Source: an uncultured Candidatus Saccharibacteria bacterium (lineage in GTDB: Bacteria > Patescibacteriota > Minisyncoccia > Phycocordibacterales > XYD1-FULL-46-19). Taken from it: DNA of 64,000 nt. The notes below the pieces were generated by a model. The model saw nothing but the letters and a program-made list of their open reading frames with translations, did not search any database and was not told the DNA's origin. This document shows, one piece after another, positions 56,757 to 64,000 of this stretch; the first letter of the stretch is position 1; the number at the start of each line of letters is the position of its first letter. The DNA lies in contig CAZXCI010000001.1 of assembly GCA_964639285.1 (NCBI GenBank), positions 42,343 through 106,342 of the forward strand, written 5' to 3'. A program made the position numbers and the translations under genes.

Positions 56757-58529
56757 TTATTTCCTAGCTTTAATTTCGGAAATAAGGGAGGTGATAAAAT
56801 CAGCGAGAGATGTTTTGATTCCTTTTTCTTCGACTCCACGTTTTTCAATCGTGATCATTTTTTCTTCCATTTCTTTGTCGCCTAAGACAATGAGGTAGGG
56901 GATTTTTTGCGTTTTGGCATTTCTAATTTTCTTGCCCAGAGTCTCGTTTGATTCGTCCAATTCTACTCTGATATCATTTTCCTTAAGTTCAGCGAGAACT
57001 TCTTCGGCATAAGCTATTTGTTTGTCAGAAATTGGCAGAATCTTGATCTGTACGGGTGCGAGCCAAGTGGGGAAATTACCAGCGTAATGTTCTATGAGAA
57101 AACCGGTTAAGCGTTCATGGGTCCCAAGTGGCGCGCGATGGATGCAGAGAGGGGTTTCTAATTTCCCTTTTTCGTCAGTGTAAGCCAGGTCGAAGCGTTT
57201 GGGGACAGCGAAATCTACTTGATTAGTTGCTAAGGTAAATTCACGACCAATAGCACTCCAAACTTGTACGTCGATCTTGGGGCCATAGAAGGCCGCTTCG
57301 TTGGGTATCTCGACATAAGGTATCTTAGCTTCGATCAAAGTATTGCGAACCATCTTCTCAGTTTCTAGCCAAAGCTCTGGTTCGTTGACATATTTCTCGC
57401 CTAATTTTTTAGGATCATGAGTAGAGAGTCGCATTACGTATTTATCAATCCCGAAGATTTTAAAATATTTTAGATACATGTCGTTGACAGCTTTGAACTC
57501 ACTAGCGAATTGTTCTCGGGTGCAATAGATATGAGCATCGTTCATCTGCATCATGCGTACGCGCATTAACCCAAATAGTTCACCTGATTTTTCGTGGCGA
57601 TAACAAGTGCCATATTCGGCTAAACGGAGAGGGAGTTCCTTATAGCTTCGTGTTTTATGGGCAAAGATCTTGTGATGGTGGGGGCAATTCATTGCTTTGA
57701 GATAATATTTTACCCCTTCATACTCCATGGGCGGGAACATACTATCTTGGTAATAAGGTAGATGGCCACTCCGAAGATACATTGATTCTTTAGCCAAATG
57801 GGGAGTGCGAACACGAAGATAGCCTCCTTCGGCCTCTGTCTCTTTGGCCAATTTTTCTAATTCATCAATCATTATTGTCCCGTTGGGCAACCAGAGAGGA
57901 AGACCTGCGCCGACATCATCATCGAAGGTGAAGATCTCTAATTCTTTCCCCAGTTTTCGGTGATCTCTTTTTTCTGCTTCAGCCATCATATCTAAGTAGT
58001 CATCAAGTTCGCCCTTGTTGGCAAAGGCTACGCCATAAATACGAGTGAGCATTTTATTTTTCTCGTCTCCTCGCCAATAAGCGCCAGCAACACGGGTAAG
58101 ACGGAAGGCGTCACGGGCGATCTCGTTGGTGCTCGCGACGTGAGGCCCGGCACAGAGGTCAACTAGATCATGGGAGCGATAGATGGAGATATTTTCGCCC
58201 TTCTCGTCTAACTCATTAATTAATTCTAATTTATATGGCTCGCTAGCAAAAATTTCCCGCGCTTGGTCGGGGCTAATTTCTTCGCGAATAAAAGCAATAT
58301 TTTTTGAAACTAAGGCGCGCATCTCTTTCTCTAGGTTTAGAAGCTCATTTTCTGGCGGGATGGTTGCGCCAAAATCAAAGTCGTAATAAAAACCATTTTC
58401 AATCGTTGGGCCGATGCCAAGTTTAGCCTTAGGGTATTTTGCCTTAACAGCGATAGCTAAGAGGTGAGATAGCGAATGACGAATTTTGTCTGCACCGAGC
58501 TCGGCTGAAGTGTCTAAATCGTTTTCCAT
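56757..58529 (-). CDS. thrS: Threonine--tRNA ligase (N-terminally short form)
   Basis: THERLTGFLIEHYAGNFPTWLAPVQIKILP. Class II motifs. Anticodon-binding C-terminus. ATG at 58529 (MENDLDTSAEL) chosen, because the longer ORF would read through the leader terminator. Confidence 0.9.
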   Translation of the reverse strand: MENDLDTSAELGADKIRHSLSHLLAIAVKAKYPKAKLGIGPTIENGFYYDFDFGATIPPENELLNLEKEMRALVSKNIAFIREEISPDQAREIFASEPYKLELINELDEKGENISIYRSHDLVDLCAGPHVASTNEIARDAFRLTRVAGAYWRGDEKNKMLTRIYGVAFANKGELDDYLDMMAEAEKRDHRKLGKELEIFTFDDDVGAGLPLWLPNGTIMIDELEKLAKETEAEGGYLRVRTPHLAKESMYLRSGHLPYYQDSMFPPMEYEGVKYYLKAMNCPHHHKIFAHKTRSYKELPLRLAEYGTCYRHEKSGELFGLMRVRMMQMNDAHIYCTREQFASEFKAVNDMYLKYFKIFGIDKYVMRLSTHDPKKLGEKYVNEPELWLETEKMVRNTLIEAKIPYVEIPNEAAFYGPKIDVQVWSAIGREFTLATNQVDFAVPKRFDLAYTDEKGKLETPLCIHRAPLGTHERLTGFLIEHYAGNFPTWLAPVQIKILPISDKQIAYAEEVLAELKENDIRVELDESNETLGKKIRNAKTQKIPYLIVLGDKEMEEKMITIEKRGVEEKGIKTSLADFITSLISEIKARK

Positions 58530-58735
58530 AATAATTTTGAGTAAGTTGATAATAAAACGAGAACGCCCCGGCAAAAGCCGTTGGCTTTTGCCGGGGCGAG
58601 ATTTATTTTTTTAAAATCACGCGGTTCCACCCGGATTTGGTCTCTTTTTATTAGATTAGTCCTTCGCTGAGCTCAGGATCCCTTTTTAGGATGGCGATTG
58701 GTAGTCACCACAATTTCTAAGTAATCTAATAGTAG
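58530..58735 (-). promoter_or_regulatory. T-box riboswitch leader of thrS (promoter, specifier hairpin, T-box antiterminator, terminator)
   Basis: Minus strand, 5' to 3'. TTGACA-N17-TACTAT (plus-strand coordinates 58752-58757 / 58729-58734). Hairpin GGUGA-CUACCAA-UCGCC with Thr codon ACC+A in the loop. T-box aaauCCGGGUGGAACCGCG (plus 58620-58638). Antiterminator helices CCGGG/CCCGG and GCG/CGC flank a 7-nt UGGAACC bulge. Terminator and U-tract directly before the AUG. Confidence 0.6.
58564..58598 (-). terminator. Leader terminator hairpin of thrS T-box
   Basis: Perfect 16-bp stem cgccccggcaaaagcc-aac-ggcttttgccggggcg followed on the minus strand by uucguuuuauu. Confidence 0.6.
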
Positions 58736-58777
58736 GCCCTGTGGTTTAGTTTGTCAAATTGTTGTAATATATAAAGT

Positions 58778-59527
58778 ATGAAAAAATATTTAATTGCTCT
58801 AGTCGTTGTTATTTTATTAATCATTATTGCTGGTGCTGTTTATTTAAAATTAAGTAACCCCTTAATTACTATTCCTAATCCAGTCGCTTGTACCGAGGAA
58901 GCCAAACTTTGTCCCGATGGTGTTACTTACGTGGGTCGCCAAGGTCCTGATTGTGCCTTTGCCGAGTGCCCGGTTGCTCAAGTAGAAGACGAGATGTCTG
59001 ACTGGAAAACATATAGAAATGATGAATATGGATTTTCAATCCAATATCCTAGCGATTGGAAGGTTCAGGAATATAAGGATTCTAAAAACACAATAAGGAC
59101 TTTGGCGATTGATCCTGTTGGTGTTTACACACAATCACAGTATAACAGTATTGATGCACCAGCAGGGATGTTAACTGTCAATTTTAATTATGACAATACC
59201 TCGAAGATTTCAGAGGAGAGTTTTTCATCTAATAATTACCAAACAGTTTCGCAAATAAACATAGGGGGAGATAATCCGATATCAGTTACAAAGATATTTA
59301 CACCAGATAATGGAGTGGCGGGTTCATCAAATCCTTGGTGGAGGACAAAAAAGAGTACAGTATATTTTGTTGGTCAATATCAAATACAAAATGCTGATCC
59401 TTCTGATCCTTATGATTCTAATTATAGAATTTATCCATTGACAATTAGCTACGTTACATTTATTTCTGATACTAAATATGATCAGAGTGTAAATGAAATA
59501 TTAGGAACTTTAAAAATTACGAAATAA
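58778..59527 (+). CDS. Secreted/membrane-anchored hypothetical protein with small Cys-rich (Kazal-like?) module
   Basis: N-terminal TM/signal. CTEEAKLCPDGVTYVGRQGPDCAFAECP loosely resembles a Kazal C..C.DG.TY..C.F..C pattern. Confidence 0.45.
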   Translation: MKKYLIALVVVILLIIIAGAVYLKLSNPLITIPNPVACTEEAKLCPDGVTYVGRQGPDCAFAECPVAQVEDEMSDWKTYRNDEYGFSIQYPSDWKVQEYKDSKNTIRTLAIDPVGVYTQSQYNSIDAPAGMLTVNFNYDNTSKISEESFSSNNYQTVSQINIGGDNPISVTKIFTPDNGVAGSSNPWWRTKKSTVYFVGQYQIQNADPSDPYDSNYRIYPLTISYVTFISDTKYDQSVNEILGTLKITK

Positions 59528-59621
59528 TTAAAGCTCTTTCACCGCTTCTATAATTATCGAGGGTTCGCCCCGCCGTCGCTGAAGCTATGGCGGGCATGCA
59601 TTACGGTGATCATTGAGTTAC

Positions 59622-62600
59622 CTATAACTCTTTGACAGCTTCCAGTATTATCGAGGGTTCTCCATTTCGATGGGAGATTTTTCCGCGGAGGGCGATAATT
59701 TTGTCGGGGACGAGGAGTTGTTTGTATTTCTCATAAATATCGGCGAAGGCAACCGCTTCGATGGTATCGGTGAAGTCGAACAGTTTGATGAAGGCCATCT
59801 TTTTATTATTCTTGGTAATAATTTCGCGAACTGTATCGACAACGCCACCGGTGACGGCGGGGAAGCCCTCTCGTTGCTCGCGGTGAAATTTAATGGTGTT
59901 TTCAGCTTTCTCGAAGCGATCACGATATGGTTCAAGGGGGTGGCCAGAAACATAGAGGCCAAGCAGTTCTTTTTCCCAGGCGAGCTGGGTCTTGGGGTCA
60001 ACCGGTTCAACTTCTTTTAACCTTAGGGCGGGAGGAGTTGATTCTTCTGGGAGTAAACCGAAGAGGGAAGTTTGGTTGGCGTTGGCGCCGAGCTCTTGAC
60101 GGTTATAAGCGAGAGCTTCGTCGATGTTGCCAAGAACCTGCCCTCGTTCCAAGCCAAGATTGTCGAAGGCGCCGGCTTTGGCTAAGGCCTCGAGAGATTT
60201 CTTGTTCATGTTCTTATGTTTAACTCGAGTGAGAAAATCGGCAAAATCTTTATATAAACCATTTTTCTTTCTCTCTTCGACAATGAAGTGAGAAATTTCG
60301 GCACCGAGATTCTTGATTGTCACTAGGCCAAAACGGATCCTATCTTTATCATCAGTATTTTTCTTAGAGAGAGTTTGGGCGATGTCTGTTAAGCCGACAG
60401 TGCCCAGGCCCTTAATTACGGTGAAGTCTTCAAAACTTTCGTTGACATCAGGAGGCAAGACAGGGAGATCCATTCGGCGACATTCTTGAATTACTTCAGC
60501 GATCTTTTCCGTGTCACCGGCCTCAGCCGTGAGGACAGCGGTCATGTATTCGGAGGGGTAATTGGCTTTCATGTAGCTCGTCTGGTAAGCGACTCGGCCA
60601 TAACTAGCAGCGTGAGCTTTGTTGAACCCATAAGCGGCGAAGGGTTCAATCAGGAGCCAGAGTTCTTGAGATTTTTTCTCTGATAAACCATTTTTTACTA
60701 ACCCCTCAAGCAACTTACCTTTTTGGGCCTCCATTTCTTTGGGAATTTTCTTACCCATTGCCTTACGTAATTTGTCGGCCTCGACCCAAGAATAACCAGC
60801 CAGGTGAATAGCTGTGAGCATGACGTCATCTTGATAGACAAGAACACCGAAGGAATGGTGGAGAATTTTTTCTAGGCGAGGGTCAAGATATTTTATCAGC
60901 TTCGGATTATGTTTACGCTTAATATATTCGGGGATCATTTCCATTGGACCGGGACGATACAAGGCGACCATGGCGTTGATATCGAAGATTGTTGTGGGGC
61001 GAAGTTCCTTGAGCCAGCGAGTCATGCCGGCGCCACTTAGTTGAAAGAGGCCAATGGTCTCACCTCGAGCCAACATGTCAAAAGTTTTTTGATCATCGAG
61101 GGGAATTTCGTTAATGTCGATATTTACTCCAAAAATTTTTCGAACAATACGAATCGCATCTTCGAGAATTGAAAGATTGCGGATTCCGAGAAAATCATAC
61201 TTTAATAGGCCAGCATCTTCGACGGCATGCATTTCATATTGAGTTATGGTTTTGCCACCCTTCGGATCGAATTGAATCGGGGTGAAGTCAGTAATTTCGG
61301 TTGGGGAGATCACGACGCCGGCGGCGTGAACAGAAATGTGCCGGGCACAACCCTCAATTTTTTTGGCTAGATCAATAATCTTTTTCGTATCAGCATCTTT
61401 CTTGTACATCTCCTCAAGTTCTGGCGTCATCTCTAGGGCGCGAGCAATGGTCATGGGAAAACCTTGTGAGCCCATGGGGATAAGTTTAGAGATTGTATCA
61501 CCGACGGCGTAAGGATAACCTAGAGCGCGAGCGACATCACGCACGGCGCCCCGAGCCATCATGGAGCCGAAGGTTCCAATTTGGGCGACGTTATTCTCTC
61601 CATATTTTCTTCTGGCATATTCAATAATTTCATCTCGACGTTTATCGGCATAATCCATATCAATATCAGGGGGCGATGGGCGTTCAGCGTTTAAGAAACG
61701 TTCAAAGGGGAGCTCGTAGAAGAGAGGGTCAACGTTGGTGATGCCAATGATAAAAGAGATAAAGGAGCCGGCCGCCGAACCTCGAGTATTGGTGAAGATT
61801 CCTGTCTCGTGAGCATGGTTAATTAGGTCAGAGACAACTAAGAAATAAGGCGAATAACCTTTTTTGCTGATTACGTCGAATTCATAATCAACTCTCTGGC
61901 GGGCTTCTTTTTCCCGATCGGGATTTTTCTCGAGGTATTTTGCCAGACCGGCCTCGGCCAAAATTTTCAGTTCTTGGTTGTAGTTAGAGCCTTCAGGGAT
62001 GGGGTACTTAGGGAAAGTCCACTGGCCAAGTTCAAGTGTGACGTTGCATCTCTCGGCGATTTTAAGAGAATTTTCAATGGCTTCGGGAACATGGGCAAAA
62101 TTCTTGGCCATTTCTTCGCCCGACAGGAACGAGAAGTCTTCATCGGTATTGGTGACGCCTTTCAGATCAGACAAATCATTGCCCGTTTGGATAGCGAGTA
62201 AGGTATGGTGGGCTTCAGCATCATCACGGTCTAGATAATGAGTGTCTTGGGTGGCCACCAGCGGGATGTTCAATTTTTTTCCAAGGGCGATAACCCTCTT
62301 CGTAATCTCTGTTTGATCTTCAATTAACGGATGATGCATTATTTCGAGATAGTAATTTTCTGTGCCAAAAATTTCTTGATGTTCTTTGATGACCGCCTCG
62401 CCTCGCTCTGGTTCGTGGACGAGGACGCGAGATAATTCTCCGCCTCGGCAACCGGATAGGGCGATAATACCTTCGTGATGTTCGCGTAACAATTCTTTGT
62501 CGGCTCGTGGTTTATAATAGTAACCTTCGAGATTGGCTTTGGTCACTATCTTTATCAGATTTTGATAACCAGCAAGATCTTTGGCTAGTAAAGTTAAGTG

Positions 62601-62894
62601 ATAACGTCGGGCATCAATGTGAGGTTCTTTGTTGAAACGACTACGGGCGGCGACATAAATCTCGCAGCCCAGGATTGGTTTGACCCCCTCGGCTAAGCAT
62701 TTTCTATAAAATTCGATAACGCCATACATGTTTCCATGATCGGTGATGGCAACAGCTGGCATACCATATTCTTTGGCCTTTTTTACTAATTCGGGGATTT
62801 TGATCAGTCCATCGAGAAGACTGTAGTGGGTGTGGTTATGGAGGTGAACAAACATATTAGTATTTAGTATATAGTATGTTGTATGTCGGGGCAA
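59622..62894 (-). CDS. dnaE: DNA polymerase III alpha subunit
   Basis: PHP domain FVHLHNHTHYSLLDGL...AVAITDHGNMYG. Polymerase core. OB-fold C-terminus. 1090 aa. Confidence 0.95.
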   Translation of the reverse strand: MPRHTTYYILNTNMFVHLHNHTHYSLLDGLIKIPELVKKAKEYGMPAVAITDHGNMYGVIEFYRKCLAEGVKPILGCEIYVAARSRFNKEPHIDARRYHLTLLAKDLAGYQNLIKIVTKANLEGYYYKPRADKELLREHHEGIIALSGCRGGELSRVLVHEPERGEAVIKEHQEIFGTENYYLEIMHHPLIEDQTEITKRVIALGKKLNIPLVATQDTHYLDRDDAEAHHTLLAIQTGNDLSDLKGVTNTDEDFSFLSGEEMAKNFAHVPEAIENSLKIAERCNVTLELGQWTFPKYPIPEGSNYNQELKILAEAGLAKYLEKNPDREKEARQRVDYEFDVISKKGYSPYFLVVSDLINHAHETGIFTNTRGSAAGSFISFIIGITNVDPLFYELPFERFLNAERPSPPDIDMDYADKRRDEIIEYARRKYGENNVAQIGTFGSMMARGAVRDVARALGYPYAVGDTISKLIPMGSQGFPMTIARALEMTPELEEMYKKDADTKKIIDLAKKIEGCARHISVHAAGVVISPTEITDFTPIQFDPKGGKTITQYEMHAVEDAGLLKYDFLGIRNLSILEDAIRIVRKIFGVNIDINEIPLDDQKTFDMLARGETIGLFQLSGAGMTRWLKELRPTTIFDINAMVALYRPGPMEMIPEYIKRKHNPKLIKYLDPRLEKILHHSFGVLVYQDDVMLTAIHLAGYSWVEADKLRKAMGKKIPKEMEAQKGKLLEGLVKNGLSEKKSQELWLLIEPFAAYGFNKAHAASYGRVAYQTSYMKANYPSEYMTAVLTAEAGDTEKIAEVIQECRRMDLPVLPPDVNESFEDFTVIKGLGTVGLTDIAQTLSKKNTDDKDRIRFGLVTIKNLGAEISHFIVEERKKNGLYKDFADFLTRVKHKNMNKKSLEALAKAGAFDNLGLERGQVLGNIDEALAYNRQELGANANQTSLFGLLPEESTPPALRLKEVEPVDPKTQLAWEKELLGLYVSGHPLEPYRDRFEKAENTIKFHREQREGFPAVTGGVVDTVREIITKNNKKMAFIKLFDFTDTIEAVAFADIYEKYKQLLVPDKIIALRGKISHRNGEPSIILEAVKEL

Positions 62895-62942
62895 AGACAG
62901 AAAAATCCTAAGCTTTGGTAGGGTTTGTGCTAAGATTTAATC

Positions 62943-63605
62943 ATGGTGAAGAAGGCAAAATACCTAATTGGTATCGATGAAGCGGGGCGGGGGGCTCTAG
63001 CGGGGCCGGTGGCGGTAGGGTTGGTGGTCTGGGATGTCTCGGCTTGGCCCGTGATTAAGAAGTTCTTGCGGGATTATCCTGTCGGTAAAGATTCGAAGAA
63101 ATTAACCCCCAAACAACGTGACTTTTGGTTTGCTCAAATTCAAGACCTAAATATTAGCCAATTGATGTTTAACGAGGTGGCTTTTGTGAGCAATAAAGTG
63201 ATAGATAAAAAAGGGATAAATTTTGCAATTAAGGAGGGGATTAAAAAGGCTTTGGGTTTGTGCGAAGTCGCATTTGGCTACGCGAAAAACGACTTCGCAC
63301 AAACCCAGTTTTCCAGACAATCGCTTGTGCTTCTTGATGGCGGGTTAAGGGCGCCAGACAATTGGCCCAATCAACAGACGATAATAAAAGGGGATGAAAA
63401 AGAATTGGTAATTTCTTTGGCTTCTATCGTTGCTAAGGTTTCGCGTGATCGCGAAATGGTAAGGCTGGGGAAAAGATATCCCGAACACCAATTTGAGCGT
63501 CACAAAGGTTATGGAACCAAGTTACATTATCAAAAAATCACCAAATTTGGATTTCTAATTATCCACCGACAGACTTATCTCAAATCCTTGTATTTTAAAC
63601 CCTGA
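62943..63605 (+). CDS. rnhB: Ribonuclease HII
   Basis: GIDEAGRGALAGPVAVG catalytic Asp-Glu motif. Confidence 0.85.
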   Translation: MVKKAKYLIGIDEAGRGALAGPVAVGLVVWDVSAWPVIKKFLRDYPVGKDSKKLTPKQRDFWFAQIQDLNISQLMFNEVAFVSNKVIDKKGINFAIKEGIKKALGLCEVAFGYAKNDFAQTQFSRQSLVLLDGGLRAPDNWPNQQTIIKGDEKELVISLASIVAKVSRDREMVRLGKRYPEHQFERHKGYGTKLHYQKITKFGFLIIHRQTYLKSLYFKP

Positions 63606-63648
63606 TTTGCTACCCTGATAGAGGACAGGATCATTTTTTATTGGGCTG

Positions 63649-63930
63649 TTGTTTTGTCTTTTCTTTTATCAGAAGGGAGGTGGAAGTATGTCAAAAGTTG
63701 ACAATCTGGACGCAAAGTTGTTTGGCATGAGTCGGGCTTTTCACACAGGCAATCACGACGGAATGATTTCCTTGTGGCAAGAGGTGAGAAGCCATCCCGA
63801 CTTGGGCAAGATTGAACTTGAATGGATAATTGTCCATGTCAGGGATCTGGAGCTTGCCGATGAAGCTCGAGACATGCTCTCGAAGAGAGGGCTGGTGGGC
63901 ATTCCGGTTCTGGTTGGGGCGCAGGCCTGA
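63649..63930 (+). CDS. Small hypothetical protein
   Basis: 93-aa ORF near the window end. No recognisable motif. Confidence 0.3.
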   Translation: MFCLFFYQKGGGSMSKVDNLDAKLFGMSRAFHTGNHDGMISLWQEVRSHPDLGKIELEWIIVHVRDLELADEARDMLSKRGLVGIPVLVGAQA

Positions 63931-64000
63931 GCCTGCTGTCATCAAGCTTGGGAGGGTGAGGGTTTGCAGTTTTGCGGCCCCCACCTTTTTCTTTTTCTTG

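Noticed and set aside
58530-58574. Longer thrS ORF starting at 58574 (MPGRSRFIINLLKII...)
   Set aside because: The extension is encoded by the leader's terminator hairpin and uses a non-ATG start. MENDLDTSAEL at 58529 aligns with ThrS N-termini.
59548-59665. Direct repeat attatcgagggttc flanking the dnaE stop, and a GC hairpin at 59571-59600
   Set aside because: The repeat is only 14 bp, the hairpin lacks a U-tract on either strand, and no associated ORF or element boundary was found. Likely coincidental or a weak terminator.
1-64000. CRISPR arrays, rRNA genes, integrase/transposase genes
   Set aside because: No regularly spaced direct repeats, no rRNA-like conserved stretches and no recombinase motifs were seen anywhere in the window.

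Overview
This window is a low-GC, gene-dense bacterial chromosome segment. Its composition and gene content suggest a reduced-genome, CPR/Patescibacteria-like organism: short EF-Ts, PheS and PheT, split transketolase, and many small overlapping genes. Standard genetic code is in use, since many genes end in TGA.

Layout, in order:
- 0-21 kb: a large cell-surface glycan locus with six GT1/GT2 glycosyltransferases, five SAM methyltransferases, an asparagine-synthase-like amidotransferase, a kinase-like protein, a HAD hydrolase, a NeuA/NeuB-like nonulosonic (sialic-like) acid module, a Wzx-like flippase and a Wzy/O-antigen-ligase-like membrane protein with TPR repeats.
- 21-30 kb: a lysine-rich small ORF (sORF) with its own terminator, secA, three secreted or cell-wall proteins (an ENSFTTL-repeat protein with a peptidoglycan-binding domain, a GC-rich lipoprotein with a PASTA domain and an internal duplication, and a PKD+FN3 protein), a DUF4349-like protein and gatB.
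- 31-38.2 kb: the most interesting region, a complete diversity-generating retroelement (DGR). The template repeat (TR, 33702-33814) differs from the variable repeat (VR, 33311-33423) at 18 positions, and every one is an adenine in TR. The DGR reverse transcriptase (34175-35155) has YxDD and GIPLGN motifs and one in-frame TGA. An Avd-like four-helix-bundle gene sits divergently on the minus strand. There are two target genes: an AAA+ (MoxR/CobS-like) ATPase with a C-terminal variable domain, and a 320-aa standalone target. The two targets share a 714-bp identical repeat that includes identical VRs. A CobT-like vWA protein lies between them.
- 38.2-50 kb: a central-carbon block (gap, rpiB, rpe, split tkt, a pfkB kinase, fba) followed by rplY, a lytic-transglycosylase-like protein, rpmE, prfA, a GC-rich orphan gene with its own promoter and terminator, rpsB and tsf.
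- 50.6-63.9 kb: tRNA-Thr(UGU) followed by an HNH endonuclease and a GNAT-like gene, then pheS, pheT, gyrB, thrS (minus strand, preceded by a T-box leader with a canonical GGGUGGAACCGCG box, antiterminator and terminator), dnaE (minus) and rnhB.

No CRISPR array and no rRNA genes were seen.
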